DNA from: Salpingoeca rosetta
Taxonomy: Eukaryota; Protista; Choanoflagellata
NCBI GenBank assembly: GCA_033442325.1
Contig: JAWQFM010000023.1
Coordinates: 1,156,056 to 1,220,055 of the forward strand
Length of the DNA: 64,000 nt
Direction of reading: 5' to 3'
A program made the translations under genes and the position numbers. This document shows, piece by piece, positions 24,024 through 37,044 of the stretch. The stretch's first letter is position 1. The number at the start of each line of letters is the position of its first letter. The notes beneath the pieces are model-generated. The model searched no databases and was not told where the DNA came from. It saw only the letters and a list, made by a program, of their open reading frames with translations.

Positions 24024-25367
24024 ATGAGGCAACTGCCTTTGTTGCCAGCTTGTGGCTTGTTCGTCTTCCGACTATCCTTGCTATCAGGTCTATCAGCACC
24101 ACGACGTCCTGTTGTCCTTGTGACAGTCCTCCTCTTCTTCTTCTTCTTCTGTTGCGTGTCGTACCCGTGGGTTGCTGCGCAGCCGATGTTTGTGCAGGAT
24201 GACGATGGCGCGCTGCACATCAACACCACAGGGCCACACCAACAACAGCGACCACCAGTGCTTGTGAATGGCGTGGATGTCACCGGCATGCTGCAGGCTC
24301 AGCAACGCGCGTTGTCGGACCACCTCGGAGTCATTGAATCGCATGCGGCCACGATTCAGTCGCAGGGCCTCACCATCGCACGAATGTGCAAGGCAGCGTC
24401 GCTGCCTATTGATACAAGCACCATGGCCGGCCTTGGGACCGTGGGAGGCAAGTGGCTTGGCGCCGTGCGGGCGAACAACGGCTTGGTGTACGGGATCCCG
24501 CATCAGGCAAACGCTGTCCTCATCATCGATCCCATTTCCAAAGCAGTGGACATGACAACCATGTTTGTTGGCGCAGGCGGTTACAAGTGGGTGGGTGGTG
24601 TCCTGGCCAACAACGGCCTGATTTACACGTTTCCCAGCGCGTCGCCCGCCGTCCTCATCATCGATCCAGCCAAGAACACGACGGACACCACCACTCTCGG
24701 AAATGTGCGTTTCGGCGGCAACAAATGGCAGGGCGGCGTACTTGCCACTAATGGGTTCATCTACGGCATTCCACGCGACGACACAACCGTGCTCATCATT
24801 GACCCAAAGAAGAACACGGCCGACACGGCGAGCATTCAGGGCCTCGGAGGGGCGTCCAAGTGGTTCGATGCAGTGCAGCCTCCCAACGGGCTCATCTACT
24901 CTGCGCCGACAGCCGCAACGAGTGTGCTCATCATCGACCCGGCAACAAACACTGCCGATACCACGTCCATCAGCGGTCTTGGACCGGGCATGAAGTGGTA
25001 TGGCACTGTGCTCGCAGACAACGGCCTCATCTACGGCATTCCGTACGATTCGCCGTCTGTCCTTGTGGTGGACCCAAGCACGAACACGGCTGACACGACG
25101 ACCGTGAGCGGGCTCAATTCATCACCACCTCAACGGTTCAAGTGGGTTGGTGGCGTTGTTGCTGCCAATGGTTTCATCTACGGGTTGCCCAGTTACGCAT
25201 CAGCCGTCCTCGTCATCGACCCGTACACAAACACGACAGACGTCAGCACGCTACCTGCATCAGGCAACACCCCAAAATGGTTTGGAGGTGCACGTGCCAG
25301 CAATGACATCATCTTTGGTGTTCCTGACGCTGCAGACGTCATCGCCATCGTAACGCCCTCGTGTTAG
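24024..25367 (+). CDS. Intronless secreted or membrane-anchored protein with a coiled-coil neck and 7 tandem ~45-aa repeats (predicted 7-blade beta-propeller)
   Basis: Single 447-aa ORF. Hydrophobic leader VVLVTVLLFFFFFCCVSYPWVAA. Seven copies of KWxGGVLAxNGLIYGIPxxxxxVLIIDPxxNTADTT. Confidence 0.88.
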   Translation: MRQLPLLPACGLFVFRLSLLSGLSAPRRPVVLVTVLLFFFFFCCVSYPWVAAQPMFVQDDDGALHINTTGPHQQQRPPVLVNGVDVTGMLQAQQRALSDHLGVIESHAATIQSQGLTIARMCKAASLPIDTSTMAGLGTVGGKWLGAVRANNGLVYGIPHQANAVLIIDPISKAVDMTTMFVGAGGYKWVGGVLANNGLIYTFPSASPAVLIIDPAKNTTDTTTLGNVRFGGNKWQGGVLATNGFIYGIPRDDTTVLIIDPKKNTADTASIQGLGGASKWFDAVQPPNGLIYSAPTAATSVLIIDPATNTADTTSISGLGPGMKWYGTVLADNGLIYGIPYDSPSVLVVDPSTNTADTTTVSGLNSSPPQRFKWVGGVVAANGFIYGLPSYASAVLVIDPYTNTTDVSTLPASGNTPKWFGGARASNDIIFGVPDAADVIAIVTPSC

Positions 25368-25374
25368 ACAAAGG

Positions 25375-25434
<60 letters not shown>

Positions 25435-25915
25435 CTGCCTGACTATGTCTCTCACACCTTTTCTCATGTCATGTCATCGCGTCACGCGCTGTCTTGGTCA
25501 TACAAGGAAGCATCATACATGTATTTTGTGCTGGTGTATTTCCACATCATGTGGCCACAGGACAATACAAACCACATTATGATCGGTGACTGAGCTACAA
25601 CGTGCGCACGAGGCGGCGAGGCAACAGCAACACCAGCAGCAACAACAGTAGCAGCACCAACAACAACCACAATAATAACAGCAACAATCAAGGGTGTGCG
25701 TGTCGAGACATGCGCTCGTGTGTGCTCACAGCTGGCATCCAGAGCATCAAGAACAAAGCATCATCAGCATCAGCAGCAGTACAGTGGTGCATGGGCACGG
25801 CATCGCAGCACAGTGAAACAGGCGAATAAACAAACGATCGCATATGACGGAAGCGGATGGGGTTTTGAGTGAGAGAGAGAGAGAGAGAAGAGGAGGGGAG
25901 GATAGGTGGAAGGCA

Positions 25916-25988
<73 letters not shown>

Positions 25989-26088
25989 NNNNNNNNNNNN
26001 NNNNNNNNNNNNNNNNNNNNNNNNNNNNNNNNNNNNNNNNNNNNNNNNNNNNNNNNNNNNNNNNNNNNNNNNNNNNNNNNNNNNNNNN
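25989..26088. other. Assembly gap (100 N placeholder)
   Basis: Run of 100 n flanked by (TG)n on the left and (CA)n on the right. Confidence 0.99.
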
Positions 26089-26199
<111 letters not shown>

Positions 26200-26211
26200 G
26201 CACACGGGTAC

Positions 26212-26699
26212 CTGCGCCCGGTGTGCAGTTTGCCGGCTGGCTCGCCGATGATCTCCTTCAAGCGGCGCTCGTTGGCGGTGTGGATGTCTTCGTCGCCATC
26301 AGCAATGACGAACTTTCCGGCGCGCCACTCCTCCAAGACGGCCTGCAGGCCCTTGACGATGCTGCGCTCCTCCTCGGCAGTAATGAGGCCGGCCTTTGCC
26401 AGGGCGCGGGCGTATGCCACGCTTCCCTGGATGTCCTGCGCATACATGCGCTTGTCAAGCCCGATGCTGGCGTTGAAGGCTTCCATCAACGGGTCCGTGG
26501 CACCCGTGAAGCGACCGCCCCAGAGGCGACCGCCCTCACCACCTGCATGTGTGCGTGTGTGCGTTGTGAGAGAAGAGGGCGGACCCTTGCCGCTCAGCAA
26601 GCAGCACGCAGCACGCTCGACATCGACCCCTACTACCACCACCGTGAGATCGCCCCACTCACCATCATCTGCTTTGGCCTTCTTTGTCGCTGGCTCCAT
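26212..26699 (-). CDS. ASL: Argininosuccinate lyase, 5' exons only (26699-26663, 26542-26212); remainder presumably lost in the gap
   Basis: [43 protein letters not shown]...[27 protein letters not shown] is the canonical ASL/argH N-terminus. A GT donor follows, then the intron runs into the N gap. Confidence 0.93.
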
Positions 26700-26931
26700 A
26701 TCCGTTCACTGGTTGTTGAGCGGAAAGTTACGATTGCACGAATGCGCACATTGTGTGCTGTGTTCGGGGACACTGACATGTCTGGCTCAATCAATGTGCG
26801 GCACATCAGCATCGACGTGGATGGTGTACTCGCGAGCGAACGCAGAAGCATCGCAGGTGCAGAGGAAGACGGATTGGAAACAGACGAGCAAAGCAACAAG
26901 GCCGTGGCAGTAGCAGTAGCAGTCGGGCACA

Positions 26932-28949
<2,018 letters not shown>

Positions 28950-29179
28950 CGTTGCTTGTTGTCTTCTTGGCAACAACAAACGCAAAGCCGTCCTGTCAAA
29001 ATTGACAGCTCAACGCTTCGCCGCCATTTTCAAATTTTCACCACTCCACTCACACTCGCTTCCACCACTCGCAATCGCTTCGACCAGACGCACTCGCTTC
29101 CAACCCTCACTTGCTATCCACACCAGCACCAACCACCCCCCTCCCCTACACATACATACACACACACACACCGCGGATC

Positions 29180-29859
29180 ATGCACTCGACAAAGAAGCGC
29201 CGTCGCAACAGTCGCGGACGCCGTCGCGGGCCTGCGACGCCAGCAGCACACAAGGCGCGGCAAATTCGTCTTGCACGCCGCTCCACAAAGTCGCCATCGC
29301 CCATCCCGCCACCAAGCCCATCCTCCATGGACACCATCACGGGACCAAGCGACAGCCGGTCCAACAGCGTTGCTGTTGCTGATCGTGGTGGTGCTGACAC
29401 CGCCACAATCACAGCTGTTCCCCGTGTCATGACGCCGACCCTGCTTCGCAAAGACAGCCTTTTCCACCACACGTCCTCATCCGCACAAGGCCGCAAGCCC
29501 ACCATCTGGATCTCCGCCCTGCAACACATCGCCATGGTGAGGAGGGAAGAGGCGGAAGCAGGGGGGGGGGAGGTAAAAGAAACATTGGCGTGAGCGCATA
29601 CTCATTCTGAGCGCTGAACTTTCACCACTCAATCGCGCTGAGGTTGCAAAGAAGTTACAGAGAGGTTATACATCAGCTACACACTCACACACGAAAACAC
29701 GCACTCGCTTCTGCCTTCACCTGCGTTGCACGACAGGTTCGCGATGGCATCCTGGACACCATTCTCCCTGTGAGGCGGGAGTACCGCCGTGTTGCAGCGG
29801 AGCTCGCGGAGAAAGAGGACTTGCTCTCAGAGGTTTGTGCAGCAGCTAGCGCTCCTCAA

Positions 29860-29907
<48 letters not shown>

Positions 29908-30708
29908 GAGACAAGTGAGCGTGCACCTTGCTGTACTACTTGCTGTCGCGTTGTGTGATGACAATGCATTCGTGCCATTCATGCACGCGGGCGTTTTGGT
30001 GACCTGTTGTTGACCACAGGTGACGGCACACAATGAGCGCCTGCAAGGTCTTCTGGTTGACGCGCTTGCAAACCAGCGGGAAGACGTGCCCACAACAGAT
30101 ACGGGCGTGCAGACAGATGAGCGGCTGCTGCGGACAGCGCTGGCAAAGCCGCGACGCACGCGCTCACATGCAACGCAGACACACACGGTGAAGAAGGCCA
30201 CGCAAGCCACGCAGACAGCAGCAGTCCAGAAGGCGGCCACAACAACGCCGCGGAGGGGCCGGTACAACGTCATTCCAGCCCCCGTCTTCCAACCAACCAA
30301 GACGGCGTCCACGCAGACCATTTCGCAATCACGCGACACGCGCTCATACAAGGAGGCGGTGACGCACAGAGTCGATGAACCGCTGCCTGCGCCATTGCCA
30401 GCGACAGCAACAGCAGCAGTAGCAACCATCACCACCACCACTTCTCGTGGTACAGGCATGTCACCGCAGCCCACAGTTGCACCGACAACCACAGTTGCAC
30501 CAGTGCCCCCGCCACCTGCCCCTCCGCTTCCCCCTACCACAACAGCTACGGTAGCACTAGCTGCACCACCGCCACCCCCACCCATGCCGCTGAAGCTGCC
30601 GACACTCCAGCCGAGTACACCGACACAGATTAAGCGGTCGGCAAGCAAGGTCAAGGTGGCTGGCAGCCCCCTCAAGAAGCGGGTACGCGTCTGTGTGTGC
30701 GTGTGTGT

Positions 30709-30756
<48 letters not shown>

Positions 30757-31619
30757 GTGTGCGTGTGTGCGTGTTTGCATCGGTGTGCAAGCGTGCGTGT
30801 GCATATGTTCTTTTCGTGCATGCATGCAATGTGACACAATTCACACTGTTCGCTGCCGTGTGTGCAATCTCAGGGTGTGCTCCGGCCTCTGAACTTCTCA
30901 CGGGACCAGCTCACCTCTGCGCGTCTCAAACGTAAGTGCAGGCAGTGCCTGCATACATGTATGGACTCAGTCCTTGTAGTGCTGCCGTTCGTGTTTGCAG
31001 CACAACTACCTTCTATGTACATGTGTGTGCTCACATCCATGCACACCCATGACACATGGTGCTTCGTGTGTTGCTTTCAGCGGTGACCAAGACCGAGACG
31101 CCCTCGCCAATGAAGGTTCCTTGCATCGAAGCCAGCGCCGTGCAGCGGGTGAGAAATGAGCATGTGTCCATTTCATCACTGTACCTGCTGTGATGTGTCT
31201 CGTCAACTGGGGGTATCATCATACTGGTATCATGCCGCCATCTCACCACGCACGACATGTATGATGCCCGCCTCCTCATGGCGACAGGCGCGGCTCGGCC
31301 TCCGCAAGACGACTGGTGATCGGTCTCCGGGCGGAACCCCGCGCAAACACGCGAGCACTGGCGGCGGCACAGGCATCCTGGTAATTGCGCCGATGAACAG
31401 GGGGTCGGGTGTGTTTGCAGTGCATTGCGTTAAGTCTGTGCACGAGGAGAAAGGTGCCGAATCGCTGTGTTGCGCTGCTTCTGATATGGTTGATTTTCTC
31501 ACATACATGCACACACATGTGCGTGTGTCGTGGCATTTGCATTGCAGCCCTCTCTCTACGCCGCGCTGGTGGAGAAGTTCCGCAACGTCCGCTCGCCATG
31601 TAAGTGGTGGTGGTGATAG

Positions 31620-31678
<59 letters not shown>

Positions 31679-31794
31679 AAGGTGCTTAGTGTGCGCATAG
31701 GGATTGTCGCGTGCGGCACTCACAGTTCTCACATGTCATCTTCGTTTTCTCTGCAGCATCACGCGATAGTTCGACGGCGGCGTCACCAGCATGA
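29180..31794 (+). CDS. PRR11-like proline-rich protein (basic N-terminus, coiled coil, poly-Pro tracts, conserved C-terminal motif); about 8 exons
   Basis: The C-terminal exons splice to [44 protein letters not shown]. This parallels the PRR11 motif LRKVxxxRSPGGTP...GTGLTPxMxxALRRKF. Poly-Pro tracts at 30500-30600. GT-AG introns. Confidence 0.68.
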
Positions 31795-31893
31795 AGCATT
31801 AGGGCAGCAGGACATGTTGGCATGTGCTCGGCTCGTGGATCCCTTCTGGAAGCTCGTCTGTTCTTTCATGTGCAACATGGTGCATCACACACA

Positions 31894-31928
<35 letters not shown>

Positions 31929-32087
31929 TGTCACCAGAAAACCGTAACCGTGGTCCAAGTAAACGTGAGTCTTTATTGTTCGTGCGTGATCAACACGCCA
32001 CCGCTGAAGAGAAAGAATGAACTCGCAAAGCTAAAAACAACCGTGGTGCGTGCGTGTGTGTGCGTGCGTGCGTGTGTGTGTGTGTGT

Positions 32088-32187
<100 letters not shown>

Positions 32188-32193
32188 CCTGGA

Positions 32194-33338
32194 CTAGGGT
32201 GCCGGGCAGGGGTGCTGCTGGCGGTATTCAAAGAGGGTGACGCTTGACCGGTACCACCACACAAACGCCAGCAGCACAAACGTGTGCCACCACTGGTGTG
32301 ACGAGCAGAAGATGTCAAACGATCCTGGGAGGGGGTGGGAGAGATGGTAGTGATGGGTGACATGAGGGGTGAGGGGGACAATCGAGAGGGTGTTGGAAAT
32401 GTGAAGCGGGTGCTGTGGGAGCCAAGCACAATAAAAACTGAAGCACGCAAGGGTGCACAGACGCACAAGAGTGCACACACACACACACACAGAACCACAC
32501 ACACACACAGCGTCACACACAGACACACACAAAGTCACACACACTCACACATGCCCACACAGACAGATGCACAAACACGCGCATACAAACACATACACAG
32601 CCAGCCTCACCTGGGCATGCGCGTTCTGGAAAGCGGGAGATGTAGAATGCGACGCCGATGATCATGAGCGCATACGATATGAGGACGCGCGGCAGGAAAA
32701 CACCAAGCTCCTCAGGATCGTCGTGCGGCAGCGTCGTCCAGTGCACCACAGGTATCAGCTGTGGCGGATTGGTGGGTGGATGGGATGTGGTGAGCAGGGG
32801 GTCGAGAAAAGGGTGAGAAAAGGCGTGGTCATGAACATAAATGGCTTTATCGCGACAAACAAACAACACACGCACACACACACACACACAGACACAAACA
32901 AACAACACACGTACACACACAGACACAGACACAGACACACAAACACACACACACACATACATCAACATAGGTAGCTCACCCCAAAGCCGAGGGTGCAGGC
33001 GTAGAGGAGAACGCGCTTCATGGCCCAGCGGTGGGAGAGGAAGTCCTTGTGCAGCTGCATGAGGAGGTTGATCACAAACATAAACCCGCACACGACCGTG
33101 TAGAACCATCGCACGTCCTGCTAGAGCAAATGGGAGATGTAATGAGCCGCACAGGGGCAATGGAGTGTCGAATCTGTTTTGCAGTATGGGCAGTACAGGC
33201 AGGACACAGGGCACACAGACACACACGCACAGACATACAATCACACACACATACACACAGACATACACAGACACAGACAGACGCGCACACACACACACAC
33301 ATACACACAAACATACACACACACACACACATACACAA

Positions 33339-33413
<75 letters not shown>

Positions 33414-34491
33414 CAGGCACACACGCACCGGCATGCAATAGAAGCCAAAGTGGATGCCCGGGACATAGCAGCCGAGCATGCCAAAGGTGATGCCCAGGAG
33501 ATCAAGCTGCAGCCAGCGCAGGCTCGTCTTCTCACTGATGTGCGGCAGAAACAGATGAAACAGCCCAGATGCGAGCAAGCAGGCCTTCATGGGATGTGGC
33601 ACGTGCAGCAGCTTGGGTGAGACACAGGGTCGTGCTTTGAGTCGTTCTGAGCTTACAAGCAAGTCGTTCTGAGCTGATAAGCATTCGTGCAGTCTCTCGC
33701 ACACAGATGCGCACACACACACACACACAAACACACACCTGAACGCAGATGAGATATGCGTTGAGGACAAAGCGATCTGTCTCGAGTTGGGCGGCATCCG
33801 TTGGAGCACCATCCGCGTCCACGATGGGCTGCGTCTGATCCTTGGCAAAGAGAACGGCGTTGTTCCACACAAACGCAGAGAAGCCCCAAATGAAGCCGAG
33901 GAGGTGTGTCCAGATGTTGAGCAGCTCATTGTGCAAGCCACATATCCTATCAGCAAGCGTGGTGATGTGAGCGCGTGTGCATTAGGGCTGATGGGAGTGC
34001 GCGGTGGCTCATGGGCATCGGACTTGGAACCACGGGTATGCTGGCAGGAGTAGGAACAGTGAATGCCGCTCAACGCAAGCGCACACACGTCATGAGACAT
34101 TGCCGGTATGTGAGAAACGCTCTGTAGCCCGTGAAGATGTAAGGGTTGTCCTGCAAATGCACCGGAATCTGCAGTTGTTTGTGGTGGAACAGCGTGTGAG
34201 CTGTTGCGGCTAGGGCCAGGCGCAAGGCCGAGAGGGTCACAAGCCAGTACTGGTCGGAAAGGAAGCTGCACAAGGAAAAGCAACACACACAGACACAGAC
34301 ACAGACACACACAGACACACACAGACACACACAAACACACACCAGCGCACACACACACACACATACACACACACACACACACAGACACATACCTGATCGA
34401 AGGTGTATAGCCTGCGATGGGGCGGAAGCGAGTCGTGGTCCTTCATGCCACTGCCACCACCACTGACACCAGCGTGCATCTTCATCTTCAT
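32194..34491 (-). CDS. Progestin/adipoQ receptor family (hemolysin-III/CREST) 7-TM protein, PAQR3-like; multi-exon
   Basis: Motifs DNPYIFTGYR, HNELLNIWTHLLG, SGLFHLF, LQLDLLGI, FYISRFPER..PGSFDIFCSSHQWWH. The zinc-binding His residues are retained. Confidence 0.92.
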
Positions 34492-34611
34492 CAACTTCCG
34501 CCCACCAAACAGCTCGCCGATTTGACCAATCAGCGCTCACCAAAACATTTCTTTCCCATCTATTATTGTTGTGCTTGCTGGCAGCGAACAGGAAGGACAG
34601 CAGCAGCGGCG
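34492..34611. promoter_or_regulatory. Putative 120-bp bidirectional promoter/5' region with a CCAAT-box-like element
   Basis: Divergent ATGs at 34491 (-) and 34612 (+). TGACCAATCAG near 34523-34533. Confidence 0.45.
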
Positions 34612-35003
34612 ATGGCGGCGATGGAGGCGGTGGGCGTGAGCAGCGGCGCGATCGAGCGCTTCGTGCAGACCTTGCAGCAGCAGTTCCCGGAGACGTACAA
34701 GGAGATGACAACGCAGGAGGCGTGCACGTCGATCGTGGTGCCTCGAACCAAAGACAGCCAGTGTGCATACATTGATGTGATGCGCGAAGAGAACAAAGAC
34801 AATGTTGGTCGAGCCACTGTGTTTGTGTCGCACGCTTGGCGCTACAAGATTGTCGACGTGCTCACGACCTTGCTGGAGTTTGCTGCTGAGGAAGGGCAGA
34901 GTGGCAGCAGCAAGACGTAATTTTGGTTTGACTTGTTCATCAATAGTCAACACGTCAACGTCACAGCAAACCTTCCTCAAGACTGGTACGCATTTTGCGT
35001 GTG

Positions 35004-35073
<70 letters not shown>

Positions 35074-35164
35074 CGTTTGTGCTTGTAAGTACTGTCTCGT
35101 CTCTCGCGCTTCGTCTTCTACGCTCTCTCTCACTCTCACACACACTCTCACACACACACACACA

Positions 35165-35195
<31 letters not shown>

Positions 35196-36812
35196 ACTCA
35201 CTCACTCACCCCCCTCCCCTCTCTCTCCCTCTCCCTCTCACCCTTGCCCAACCACATCACCAACCTGTGCCTGACATCCTCCAACAACACTCGCTCCCGC
35301 ATCCTCAACCCCCCCCCCCCCCCCCCCAAACAAAACAACCGCAGGTGGAGCACGACATTCAAGAAGTCGATTCGGCAGATTGGCAAGGTGCTGCTGGTCC
35401 TGACGCCCTGGAATGACCCCGTGCCGCTGACGCGTGCATGGTGTCTGTGGGAGATCTTCTGCAGCATCAGTCAAGCTGACGTGGACTTGCAGATCCGCCT
35501 TCCCTCGCAGCAGCGCCACGCCCTCAGGGACGCCATCACGGAGACGCACACGGCCGTCACAAACATGCTTGTCGAGGTGCAGGCAGAGAAGGCAGAGGCG
35601 TGGAAGAAGGAGGACAAGGACATGATCTTCCGCGCCATCCAATCAACCGTCGGCTTCACCGCCCTAAACCGCGCCGTGAAGGACCGCATGCGCGCCTGGT
35701 GTCTCCGCACCGTGGACGCCTTTGTCACAGCCCACCAGCAGCAGCGTGAGGACGCCAACCGTGATGACACATGGGCTGCCGCGAAGTTCGCGCAACTGTG
35801 CCACCAAACGGGGATGGTAATGGTGACGTTTGGAGAACTCGACCGCGGCATCATGCACCTGACCAAGGCCCTGGATGTTGTGTCTGGGCTCAAGGATCAG
35901 CAGCTGCTTGCCTCAACCATTCACACCAGCTTGGGCAACGCCTACAACAGCAAAGGCGCCTTTGACCGTGCCCTCGAGCACCACAGCATTGTGCTGCAGC
36001 TCCGCCGCGAGCTGCTGCCCGCCCGCGATCCTCGCATCGCCGCCGCACACAACAACCTCGCAAACGCGTCTGCAAACAAAGGCAACAACGCGAGCGCCAT
36101 CGACCACTTTACGCAGGCCCTCGACATTCAGCTAGCTGCGGTGGGGGAGCGCGACCCCAACACCGCTGCCATGTACAACGATCTGGGCAACGTCTACAAC
36201 AACTGCCGCGACTACGCCCGCGCCATTGCCTGCCTCAACAAAGCACTCGGCACCAGGATTGCCCTCCTTGGTGAACACCACCCGGAGACGGCGGTCACGC
36301 TCAACAACATCGGCAGATCCTTTGGCGAGATGGGCGAGCACGGCAAGGCCGCCGGGTACTTCCAGCTCGCCCTCGAGTGCTTCCTCACCGTGTTGGGCCC
36401 CAACCACTCACGCACGCAACAAGCCGCTCACAACGCTGCCATGTCGCGCCAGATGGCCCTCGCCCACGGCATGCCCGTCACGCCCGTCACCATCCCGACT
36501 GCAGCACACGCCCCTACCAGCACCGCCAAACGCACCGGCACCAGCAGCCACAACAGCAACACACAGGCTCAGTCACTGCTCGTGCGGTTCCTCGCCGCAG
36601 TGTCCCCACCAACGCCACAGCAGCAGCTACTTGTTCGCTTCCTTGCAAAGACCCTTTCGACACGTGCTAGCCAGGACCCTGGCGCAGATCCGGGGCCCAC
36701 ATCACGCTTTCACGAAGCAGCCAAACACCAGCAAGAGCACAGCGATGACTCGCCTGGCGACGAGGAAGATCAGCATGTGCCCGTGCGCAAGGGGTGTTGT
36801 GGCATGCAGTGA
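34612..36812 (+). pseudogene. HET/TIR-like N-terminal domain plus kinesin-light-chain-type TPR repeats and C-terminal CaaX; in-frame TAA at 34918-34920 (pseudogene, null allele or base error). Exons 34612-34985, 35345-36812
   Basis: ATVFVSHAWRYK...KT*FWFDLFINSQH...W/WSTTFKKSIRQIGKVLLVLTPWNDPVPLTRAWCLWEI. ~42-aa TPRs such as HPETAVTLNNIGRSF. Ends RKGCCGMQ*. The frame continues cleanly past the single stop. Confidence 0.8.
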
Positions 36813-36822
36813 CGTTGCTCGG

Positions 36823-36971
<149 letters not shown>

Positions 36972-37044
36972 GGAGGAGCTTCCTTGCTTGTGGTGCCCTT
37001 GACACGCTGTTGATTGTGTTTTGCTTTGCGTCCTGGTAAATGGT

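Noticed and set aside
25602-25829. Asn-rich 75-aa ORF
   Set aside because: An (AAC/AGC)n trinucleotide tract without a convincing start or homology; probably UTR.
34918-34920. Alternative genetic code or programmed readthrough at the in-frame TAA
   Set aside because: TAA is used as a normal stop elsewhere (23459-23461), and one case is better explained by mutation or sequencing error.
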